A DNA stretch of 64,000 nucleotides. Origin: Verrucomicrobiota bacterium. GTDB taxonomy: Bacteria > Verrucomicrobiota > Verrucomicrobiia > Chthoniobacterales > JAFAMB01. The DNA is taken from contig JBEEIB010000146.1 in NCBI GenBank assembly GCA_041167675.1, forward strand, positions 2,935 through 66,934, given 5' to 3'. Under the pieces are notes generated by a model. That model was not told the DNA's origin and made no database searches. It worked only from the letters and a program-made list of their open reading frames with translations. Below, piece by piece: positions 17,638 to 25,402 of this stretch; positions within the stretch are counted from its first letter, which is position 1; every line of letters starts with the position of its first letter. The translations under genes were made by a program, and so were the position numbers.

Positions 17638-18549
17638 ATGCGAAAATTAGCCCAACCGAAGGTAGTTGTGGTCGGAGGGTATAACGCTGATCTGGTGATC
17701 ACTTGTGAAACACTGCCGGTGGAAGGAGAAAGCATGGTGGGCGGCCCCCTGCAGATCTTTGGCGGCGGCCGAGGCGCTAATTGTGCCGTGGCTGCGGCGC
17801 GAGCTGGAGCCGAAGTTTCGTTTATCGGGGCGCACGGCCACGATGCTTTCGGCGGCATGGCGCAGGGTCAACTCAATCATGAAGGGATCGACATCACTGA
17901 TTTTCGGGAGATTCCCTCCGTCAGTACGGGTGTTTCCTTGAGCATGGTGGAAGCGTCCACCGGGAGAAACTTTCTGGTGTGCGCCGAGTCCGCGAATATC
18001 CGTCTAACACCAGAAATGGTGCGGGCGTCGCGGAATATCCTGCATTCGGCCGATCTGGTTATCTCTGAGCTCGAAATTCCTCCCGATACCGTCTGGGAGG
18101 CGATGAAGATCTGCGAGGAGCGTGATATACCGTTCCTTCTCGATGTGTCACCAATCAAGCGGATCAAACAAATTCCGAAAAACAACGTGCTAGCAGTTGT
18201 CGCCGAGTCGGTGGAGGAAGCCATGATAATCACCGGTACATTTCGTGTTGCCGATGCGATTGTAGCTCTCCATCGAACCGGAGCTCGAAATGTAGTGTTA
18301 GTGGAACGCAGTCGTGAGATTATCTACTCGGACGGACAAACGGTCGGAACTTTAAAAGTGCCGATTAGGCGGGTTTTCGACCGCTGTGGAGCGACCGAGT
18401 GCCTGGAGACCTGGATCGGTTTGGCGCTTATTCGCAATATCAAATTATCAGAAGCCTGCCGGGAAGCGTCTTTCGCAATGGCGCACAGCCTCAGCCACAT
18501 GGGAGGACACCAGGGAATGCCGTATCGTTCCGAGATCCAACAATCGTAG
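17638..18549 (+). CDS. PfkB-family carbohydrate kinase (ribokinase-like) with an atypical C-terminal motif
   Basis: VVVVGGYNADLVI...GGGRGANCAVAAARAGAEVSFIG is a ribokinase-type N-terminus. The usual DTxGAGD motif reads FDRCGATE. Confidence 0.85.
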   Translation: MRKLAQPKVVVVGGYNADLVITCETLPVEGESMVGGPLQIFGGGRGANCAVAAARAGAEVSFIGAHGHDAFGGMAQGQLNHEGIDITDFREIPSVSTGVSLSMVEASTGRNFLVCAESANIRLTPEMVRASRNILHSADLVISELEIPPDTVWEAMKICEERDIPFLLDVSPIKRIKQIPKNNVLAVVAESVEEAMIITGTFRVADAIVALHRTGARNVVLVERSREIIYSDGQTVGTLKVPIRRVFDRCGATECLETWIGLALIRNIKLSEACREASFAMAHSLSHMGGHQGMPYRSEIQQS

Positions 18550-18703
18550 GAATTGAAGCACTCGGGAGAGCATCCCAAGGTCTGCCCGGGGCCTGTCCTT
18601 TTTGAACCGCATCCCAGCATAGTGCTGTTGCCAGAATTGGTAAGCAAGCAGCTGCGTCCGTTTAGGCGTTGAACAATCTCGACGTGTCCGCACCAGCCCC
18701 AAT

Positions 18704-18783
18704 GGCAGGGCGAAAACCTCGGCGCTTTAGGTGGCCGTGCTCTAGTCGTCTCGTACGCTCATGCGCCGGGTTTGAGCCATTGG
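18704..18783 (+). repeat. Roughly 80-bp hairpin repeat (family GCGAAAACCTCGGCGC..N..GCGYCGRGTTTGAGCCAT), copy A
   Basis: It shares both conserved ends with 18901..18971 (-) and 55629..55703 (+). Confidence 0.6.
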
Positions 18784-18900
18784 TGCCGGTCCGCGGTTTC
18801 CGAACCACCAATGCTCAGTTCTGCCAATTCTGAGATCCTGTACTCGCAAATCGAGATCGTCGGAATTCGAACATTTTTCATCAAGAGGTTGAGCCCGACA

Positions 18901-18971
18901 AATGGCTCAAACCTCGGCGCATGGGCATGCAAAACGAAAGGCCGCAACAACCCATTGCGCCGAGGTTTTCG
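18901..18971 (-). repeat. Same family, copy B, inverted relative to copy A
   Basis: The reverse complement reads CGAAAACCTCGGCGCAATGG...CATGCGCCGAGGTTTGAGCCATT. The stem AAACCTCGGCGC/GCGCCGAGGTTT is perfect. Confidence 0.6.
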
Positions 18972-19169
18972 TATACCATTATGAGTTATCTCTGCGCAAT
19001 GACTTCGGCGCCGTCGCACTCTGTGACAAAAAAGTAACAATAATTCCACGGAATTTCGGACGTCATCTTCACTATTATCGTCCCTGTCGCCAGTCCTTTG
19101 TTCTGCATGGATGCGGAGAGTACAACCGCAATTCGATCAGCCGTTATCCCTGGCGACTTGGAGAAGGAA

Positions 19170-22049
19170 ATGATTGCTCAGAAAAAGAACCCCCTCTTTT
19201 ATAAGACGTTTTTTGGCGCGGCGATTTTCGCTTCGCTGGCATCGTTTACGGTGGCGAGAGCTCTCGACGACGATGACTCTTCGTTCGTCTCGAGCGGACA
19301 AAAAATCACACCAACTGCTGCACCAAGTGCCAACTTCCAGCTGCTCAATCCTGGACTAACCGATTTTCCTAACTTCGTCGCCTCCGGAGCGCTAAGCAGC
19401 GTACTTAGTCCGGATCAGCACACTTTGCTGATTCTGATCAGCGGTCACAATCGCCTCGATAACGCTGCGAGCAAAGTAGTTCCGGCTGATTCGGAGCAAT
19501 ACATCTTCGTTTTCGATGTGAGTACAGGCAAGCCAGTCAAGAAACAGGTTATCAACGTTCCTAATACATTCGCAGGTATCGCCTTCAATCCCAATGGTAA
19601 TAGCTTCTATGTTGGCGGAGGATCCGACGATAACATCCACATTTACGGAATCCAAGGAGACGGAACTTGGGCGGAAATCGGTACCCCGATTGCGCTGGGG
19701 CACACGACCGGCAACGGAATGCCGAATCCGTCGACGTTCGTGACCGGCGGGCTGGCCGTTACTGCAGACGGCACCAAGATCGTCATTGCCAATGTTTATA
19801 ACGATTCCATTTCCATCGTCGATGTAGCTGGCCGAAGTGTCATCAAAGAAATCGACCTGCGACCTGGAGTTATCGATCCGGCGCAGAATGGAGTGCCGGG
19901 TGGAGAGTATCCATTTTGGGTAGCAATCAGAGACAACGACACGGCCTATGTTTCGAGCTTACGTGATCGCGAGATTGTCGTTGTCGATTTCAATAGTACT
20001 CCGGGTGTGATCAGCCGAATCAAGGCGAAGGGGAATCCGAACAAAATGATTTTGAACCGCGCGCAAAATCTCCTCTTCGCGGCAGAAGATAACAGTGACT
20101 TGGTAGAAGTGGTCAATACTCAGACCAACCAAGTCGTGCAGAGCTTTTCAACCACCGGACCACAGTGGATCTTGTGGAACGTGGGCCGGTATCACGGGAG
20201 CATTCCAAACAGTCTGGCGCTCTCTCCGGACGAAAGAGTTTTGTATGTGACCAACGGTGGAACTAATTCGGTTGCCGTGGTGCAACTTTCTGCTGCTCGG
20301 TCCGAAGTTGTTGGTCTATTGCCGACCGGGTTTTATCCGACCTCGGTGAATGTTAGTGCCGATGGCCGGACACTGTATGTGGTGAATGGAAAAAGCCCGA
20401 CCGGCCCCAACCCAGGCTGGTACGCCGAGAATCACGCGAGCAATCAATATATCGAAGAGTTAGAGCAATCAGGATTGTTGAGTTTTCCCGTACCGGATTT
20501 CCTTACATCATTTCGGTTGACGCTGACGGTAGCAAACAATGATTCCTTTTTCGCGCTTCCGCAGATAAAGGACGAAATAGTAATTAGCCAGCTGCGCAGG
20601 CGAATTAAGCATGTCATCTATATTGTGAAGGAGAACCGGACGTATGATCAGATTCTGGGAGATCTTGATCGTGGCAATGGCGATCCGTCCCTCGCTCTGT
20701 TCGGCGAAGCAACCACACCCAATTTCCATCAGATCTCTCAACAATTTGTCGATCTCGACAATTTCTACTGCTCCGGTGATGTAAGCGCGAATGGTTGGCC
20801 TTGGAGCGTGGGAGCCAGGGAAACCGATTTCGGAATAAAAGCGGTGCCGCTGAATTACTCGAGTCGCGGCACCAGCTACGAGTACGAGGGTACCGACCGA
20901 AATGTGAACGTCGGATTGCCCACGGTGCAGCAGCGACAAGCCGCCGATGGGTTGACTCCGTCTGATCCAAATTTATTGCCCGGCACTGCTGACGTCGGTG
21001 CCTTCGATGGCCCGGAAGGAACGCCGCCGGAGCAAGGCTATATTTGGGATGCCGTGGCCCGAGCTGGGCTTAGCTTACGCGAATATGGATTCTTCTGTGA
21101 TCTGACCCGTTACTCAGCGGCTCCGCCCAATAACATTCCGTTGGAGCGCCATCCGTTCGCTGCGAAAATCCAAGTATCGTATCCAACCAAGCCGGTCCTG
21201 ATCGCTAACAACGATATCTACTTCCGTGCTTATGATAATGCTTTCCCCGATTTCTGGCGGGAAGACGAGTGGGCTCGCGAGTTCGACGGTTACGTGGCAA
21301 ATGGGAACCTTCCGCAAGTTGAGCTAGTGCGGTTCATGCACGATCATACCGGAAGTTTTGGCACTTCCATCGACGGGGTGAATACTGTCGAGCTCGACCA
21401 TGCGGACAACGACTATGCGGTTGGACTCCTTGTCGATAAGGTGGCGCACAGCCCGTACAAGTATGACACGTTGATCTTCGTCCTCGAAGATGACGCCCAA
21501 GCGGGCGCCGATCATGTCGACGCTCATCGATCGACGGCTTATATAGTCGGACCTTACGTCAAACAAGGTCAAGTCGTATCGGAGCGTTACACCACCGTGA
21601 ACATGCTCAGAACGATTGAGGACATTCTCGGCCTCGATCATCTGGATATTAACACGGCGACCCAGCGCCCAATGACCGAGGTATTCGATCTCAGCCAACG
21701 CGAATGGACTTATACTGCGACTGCCTCGGACTTCCTGAAGAGTACGCAATTGCCTATTCCGGCGAACGCGTTCGCTTCCACGGACAAAACGCCCAAGCCG
21801 TTGCACGATTCCGCTTATTGGGCGGAGAAAACCGCGGAATTTGATTTCAGTATCGAGGATAACCTCAAGGACGCGGAGAAATTCAATCGTATTACCTGGG
21901 AAGGCGTTATGGGTGACATTCCGTATCCGAGTAAGCGCAACGGAGCAGATCTCCGAAAAAACCGCGCCGAGCTACTGAGGAAGTACAAGCTAGCTCGCCT
22001 TCCGTTAGTTCTGGCGCAGGATCAGGCGAAAGACGCCGCCGAGCGATAG
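19170..22049 (+). CDS. Secreted beta-propeller/phosphoesterase protein, paralog of 3716..6538
   Basis: The ATG at 19170 is preceded by GAGAAGGAA. The signal-like N-terminus is MIAQKKNPLFYKTFFGAAIFASLASFTVARA. It shares long identical stretches with the paralog (IKHVIYIVKENRTYDQILGDLDRGNGDP, QQFVDLDNFY, YTTVNMLRTIEDIL). Confidence 0.9.
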   Translation: MIAQKKNPLFYKTFFGAAIFASLASFTVARALDDDDSSFVSSGQKITPTAAPSANFQLLNPGLTDFPNFVASGALSSVLSPDQHTLLILISGHNRLDNAASKVVPADSEQYIFVFDVSTGKPVKKQVINVPNTFAGIAFNPNGNSFYVGGGSDDNIHIYGIQGDGTWAEIGTPIALGHTTGNGMPNPSTFVTGGLAVTADGTKIVIANVYNDSISIVDVAGRSVIKEIDLRPGVIDPAQNGVPGGEYPFWVAIRDNDTAYVSSLRDREIVVVDFNSTPGVISRIKAKGNPNKMILNRAQNLLFAAEDNSDLVEVVNTQTNQVVQSFSTTGPQWILWNVGRYHGSIPNSLALSPDERVLYVTNGGTNSVAVVQLSAARSEVVGLLPTGFYPTSVNVSADGRTLYVVNGKSPTGPNPGWYAENHASNQYIEELEQSGLLSFPVPDFLTSFRLTLTVANNDSFFALPQIKDEIVISQLRRRIKHVIYIVKENRTYDQILGDLDRGNGDPSLALFGEATTPNFHQISQQFVDLDNFYCSGDVSANGWPWSVGARETDFGIKAVPLNYSSRGTSYEYEGTDRNVNVGLPTVQQRQAADGLTPSDPNLLPGTADVGAFDGPEGTPPEQGYIWDAVARAGLSLREYGFFCDLTRYSAAPPNNIPLERHPFAAKIQVSYPTKPVLIANNDIYFRAYDNAFPDFWREDEWAREFDGYVANGNLPQVELVRFMHDHTGSFGTSIDGVNTVELDHADNDYAVGLLVDKVAHSPYKYDTLIFVLEDDAQAGADHVDAHRSTAYIVGPYVKQGQVVSERYTTVNMLRTIEDILGLDHLDINTATQRPMTEVFDLSQREWTYTATASDFLKSTQLPIPANAFASTDKTPKPLHDSAYWAEKTAEFDFSIEDNLKDAEKFNRITWEGVMGDIPYPSKRNGADLRKNRAELLRKYKLARLPLVLAQDQAKDAAER

Positions 22050-22078
22050 CGAGGTAGGCGTGTGAGCTGATCGAATTC

Positions 22079-22130
22079 GGTAGGGCTGAGCTCCTGCTCG
22101 GCCGTCTTTAGGCGGCCGAGCGTCCCTACC
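22079..22130. repeat. Imperfect GGTAGGG...CCCTACC hairpin just after the stop codon
   Basis: GGTAGGG/CCCTACC and CTCGGCCG/CGGCCGAG pair, with an asymmetric internal loop. It begins with the same GGTAGGG head as the elements at 16898, 27845 and 42481. Confidence 0.5.
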
Positions 22131-22176
22131 GGACTTGTTTCTCGTCCCTTCTCCTACTGTGCCGATTCTGGATTCC

Positions 22177-22213
22177 CTCTCTTTGCGATCCCTGCGTTCT
22201 TTTGCGGCTATTC
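22177..22213 (+). repeat. Short repeat CTCTTTGCGATCCYTGCGTTCTTTTGCGGCTATTC, copy 1
   Basis: It is nearly identical to 23176..23214 (+), and its 3' half is inverted at 22802..22835. Confidence 0.7.
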
Positions 22214-22289
22214 TCCGCACCGATAGCGTCCATTTGCTATCTGCTATTTGCTATTTGCGATTCTTCACTGCCTCTCTTTTCGCTATTCT

Positions 22290-22790
22290 CTCGGCGTAAT
22301 TTCATCCATCATTTTGCGGTTGATAAAACTGTGGATCGAATCGAGATCTGAGACCTCAATCTCTCTCTCCCGGAAGGAGTGAGCATCCGCCCAGCTGGGC
22401 CGCGCGGTCTGGCCCACTCGGGAGGTACTCGCGCGTTTGCTGAGAGATGAATCGGGCTTGATCGCCGAAAAAACGAAGCCCTTTCTCCGTGACTGCCTCG
22501 ACCACGTCCTAGCTATTGTGGATCTGCTTGAGACCTACCGCGATATCACAAGCAGTTTCATGGATCTGTACGTCTCGAGTCTGAGCATGCGGACCAACGA
22601 CATCATGCGCGTACTCACCATCATTTCTTCGATTTTCATTCCACTCACTTTTATCGTTGGATTGTACGGGATGAACTTTACCAACATGCCCGAACTGCAC
22701 TGGCGCTTCGGTTATCCGAGTGTCATTCTCATCATGTTGGCCGTAGCCAGCGGCATGATCCTGTTCTTCAAGCGAAAGAACTGGTTGTGA
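22290..22790 (+). pseudogene. corA: CorA magnesium/cobalt transporter remnant (C-terminal third plus degraded upstream part)
   Basis: ORF 22437..22790 ends with the CorA TM hairpin VLTIISSIFIPLTFIVGLYGMNFTNMPEL...FFKRKNWL. In-frame upstream sequence (LGRAVWPTREVLARLL) stops at a TGA at 22380. Further upstream, only frame-broken traces remain (AVDKTVDRIE). The N-terminal 180 aa or so are absent. Confidence 0.75.
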
Positions 22791-22801
22791 ACCACACAGA
22801 A

Positions 22802-22835
22802 GAATAGCCGCAAAGAAACGCAAAGAACGCAAAAG
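22802..22835 (-). repeat. Inverted partial copy of the 22177 repeat, immediately after the corA remnant stop
   Basis: The reverse complement is CTTTTGCGTTCTTTGCGTTTCTTTGCGGCTATTC. Confidence 0.6.
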
Positions 22836-23175
22836 TAAAGAAGTTGGGCGTCGGAATTGCATGCGCTGTACATCAAGCCATTGCGATGGCTATTCCCATC
22901 GTCGGTACAAGGGCGAAACCCGACTCCGCCGAGCTACGTCGCGGCTAGCTCTATTGTTTTCTCAACCGCACAGCTGGGGGCGCGCCCAAGCGCAGCGACG
23001 GCGGCAGGCCGCTGCGATCGCGAGGCCAGGCCTGTTGAGCCAAACGATCGCGCGTCGCAAAAGCTCACAATCCGGCACTTAAGGGCGTCGTGCATTTAGA
23101 GGTTGCTTGCCCGGACTGTGTCGTCCTATCCACGATAGGTCACCCTCACGATTCAATCTCTGTCACCTTTTTTCT

Positions 23176-23214
23176 CTCTCTCTTTGCGATCCTTGCGTTC
23201 TTTTGCGGCTATTC
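23176..23214 (+). repeat. Copy 3 of the 22177 repeat
   Basis: CTCTCTCTTTGCGATCCTTGCGTTCTTTTGCGGCTATTC. Confidence 0.7.
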
Positions 23215-23220
23215 CAAAAC

Positions 23221-23844
23221 CTATTTCTCGGTCGTTAAGAAGCAGGATGGAAACTTTTCCCTTACGTTCTTGATATACCGCACCCGGCTAGGAAGGCTTC
23301 CGAAGCGCGCCGTGTCGCACGGTGCAAACTCTCGTTCTATACCGTCCAAGCGGGTTACCCAGTTCCGGAGAGCCGCCGACCAATCAGCATCGCTTGGATT
23401 GGGCGTTGCCAGAAGCTCCTGGATTTTCGCTATCGCAAATTCCTTCAGAAAGATGGTCTCCGGTGATAAGAATCGAAGACAAACGGCATATTCGCCGCTC
23501 AAATAAGAAGTATATTCGCTCGCAATGCGATCTTCCGAGGGAGAGTCCCCGTAGACTTTCGCTGCTCTCACATAGCGCGCGCTGAACTCCTCCTTCATCC
23601 GGGCTCCAAGACTGCCTACCGAATCCGGAAACAGGAAAAAATCGGCGGGATACATTTCGATTCCATCCACGACGTAAGCTGGTCGAGGGAGGAGACCTTC
23701 TCGGATTTCGGACCTGTATTCCGCGGGAGTCCCTGTACGGCCGAGACAGAGCTCTTCGAGGGTATAGAAGTTGTCCTGAATGTATGTTCGATCCTCATTG
23801 GCGAGGACCGGCAAAGGGCTGTGAGTGGCAATGAAATCGGTCAT
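23221..23844 (-). CDS. Hypothetical protein, possibly DUF6058-like (a family annotated as natural-product associated)
   Basis: A 207-aa intact ORF. SYLSGEYAVCLRFLSPETI, EREFAPCDTARFGSLPSR and VREKFP resemble what I recall of DUF6058 proteins. This is unverified. Confidence 0.6.
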   Translation of the reverse strand: MTDFIATHSPLPVLANEDRTYIQDNFYTLEELCLGRTGTPAEYRSEIREGLLPRPAYVVDGIEMYPADFFLFPDSVGSLGARMKEEFSARYVRAAKVYGDSPSEDRIASEYTSYLSGEYAVCLRFLSPETIFLKEFAIAKIQELLATPNPSDADWSAALRNWVTRLDGIEREFAPCDTARFGSLPSRVRYIKNVREKFPSCFLTTEK

Positions 23845-24108
23845 AGCAGAACCAGATACAGAAGTCAGAATCTAGAATCTAGGAGGCAGAAGGCAAGAGG
23901 CAGCAAAATGACGATGCGAAACGTTTCTCGTCAATCACGCACTACTTCAGCTTGTTCGCCCCTTCTTTTGTCCTCAAGCCTTGACAGGGGATGCGGCTTC
24001 CCTGTAGCAATCGTTTAAATCGATCAGCTCTCGCTCTCTTTTGAAAATTTCGCTAGCAATTTTCCATCGCTCACGGGGTCGCACGAGCAGATCACCAGAT
24101 AACTAACT

Positions 24109-24456
24109 ATGCCAGGCTTAAACGACTTTCTTTCGCGCATACAGACCGATCACGCGTTCTATTTGCAGTTTCGAAAGAACCCGCAGGAAGCATTGACGCC
24201 TTACGAATTAAGCTCGGAAGAGCGAGCCGCTCTGATGGACTCTGGATCACAACTGTCCGCCCGCCTGGGAGAGGTGGTCTTCACTTTGACCGGGACCAAG
24301 AATTTTGTGTCGCTTGGGTCAGCCGATTGGCAGTTCGATCCTGCGGCTGCACTCAGGCGGCCTGAAATTCAGGAGAGCATCGCTCAAATTCGGAACGTGA
24401 CGACCAATGCGGATAGATTGACTCCAGTATTAGCGCTGATTGAACAGGTTGGATAA
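24109..24456 (+). CDS. Candidate split-borosin precursor peptide (115 aa) with an N-terminal borosin-binding-domain-like helix bundle
   Basis: MPGLNDFLSRIQTDHAFYLQFRKNPQEALTPYELSSEERAALMDSG resembles the region preceding the core in OphMA (..LDPKALADYKADHRAFAQSVPDLTPQERAALELGD..) and the N-terminus of stand-alone SonA-type precursors. The stop codon overlaps the ATG of the next gene (TAATG). Confidence 0.65.
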   Translation: MPGLNDFLSRIQTDHAFYLQFRKNPQEALTPYELSSEERAALMDSGSQLSARLGEVVFTLTGTKNFVSLGSADWQFDPAAALRRPEIQESIAQIRNVTTNADRLTPVLALIEQVG

Positions 24457-25268
24457 TGAGCCCGACCTACCAGACTGAGGACTCTTTGCCATTTGATATA
24501 GCCATCGTGGGGCTGGGGATTGTTGGAATCCATCAGATCACCCGGGAGGTCGAAGAGACCATTCGCCGGTGCCGGCATACCTTTGTTATCGATTCGGGAT
24601 TTGGTGTTGTCCCCTATCTTGAGGGTATCTGCCCTGAGGTGACGAGCCTCTTCTCCTTTTATGAGAAGGGCAAGCAGCGGCTGCCCACCTATCGCAGGAT
24701 GGCCGCTGAAGTGATTAATGCGGCAATTACCTGCTCGCCGGTCTGTTTTGCCACCTACGGTCATCCGCTGGTCTATTGCTATCCGGCGGTGCTTATTCAA
24801 AGAGCTGCCAAACTCCTCGATCTCCAAGTGGAGACTTTTCCAGGCATCTCTTCGTTGGACACATTGTTCGTGGATCTCGGCATCGATGTCGCCGCCGACG
24901 GATTGCAAATGTACGAAGTCACCGATCTGCTTCTACGCCGCAGGCCAATCCAAAATGATGTCCCCTGCGTTCTTTGGCAGCTTATTGCGATTGGTGAGCC
25001 GAACTACCAGACGGATCGCATCTCGGCCGAACGGTTTTTGCCTCTGCAAGACTATTTGCTCGAATTCTATCCCCCCGAACATCCGATTATTCTAGTAACC
25101 TCAAAAACGTTTCCATTGCTTCAGTCGACGGTTAAAAAGTATCGGTTGGGGACGCTAGCGGCCGATCTGGAGCATGGTCCACAAGTGGGTAATCTTTACA
25201 TCCCTGCTGTGCGCAGCCGGGAGGTTCGAGATCACAAGCTCCTGGAAAAGTTGACCGCCCGGATTTAA
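24456..25268 (+). CDS. SAM-dependent methyltransferase of the tetrapyrrole-methylase fold, borosin alpha-N-methyltransferase-like (OphMA/SonM type)
   Basis: FDIAIVGLGIVGIHQIT, FYEKGKQRLPTYRRM, ATYGHPLVY, FPGISSLDTLFVDLGID, VLWQLIAIGE and LYIPA line up with OphMA. The recalled OphMA motifs are YYDNGKSRLNTYTQM, FYGHPGVF, LPGVSAEDCLFADLCID, VLFQVGCVG and FYIPP. Confidence 0.8.
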   Translation: MSPTYQTEDSLPFDIAIVGLGIVGIHQITREVEETIRRCRHTFVIDSGFGVVPYLEGICPEVTSLFSFYEKGKQRLPTYRRMAAEVINAAITCSPVCFATYGHPLVYCYPAVLIQRAAKLLDLQVETFPGISSLDTLFVDLGIDVAADGLQMYEVTDLLLRRRPIQNDVPCVLWQLIAIGEPNYQTDRISAERFLPLQDYLLEFYPPEHPIILVTSKTFPLLQSTVKKYRLGTLAADLEHGPQVGNLYIPAVRSREVRDHKLLEKLTARI

Positions 25269-25402
25269 CAAGTTGGGCGCGACTTCCCTCGCGGAGGTAC
25301 CACAGCGTTCGCCGTAGCATTCAACCAATAAGCATCCCCCGCGCTAGGCAACATGGAATGCTTGCCATCGGGTAAGTCTTGTGATCGCTTGCCGATCGAT
25401 CA

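Noticed and set aside
22857-23506. ORFs 22857..23099, 22861..23082 and 23090..23506 as genes
   Set aside because: They run across repeat-derived intergenic sequence or antisense to the 23221..23844 gene. They are Arg/Ala/Ser-rich with no motifs, which is typical of ghost ORFs.
24456-25268. Corrin/siroheme (CbiF, CobI, SUMT) or diphthine-type methylase
   Set aside because: No cobalamin or heme genes are adjacent. The motif set (FY..GK.RL.TY..M, LWQ..IGE, YIP) and the coupled BBD-like peptide fit the borosin N-methyltransferase subgroup better. This still needs an HMM check.
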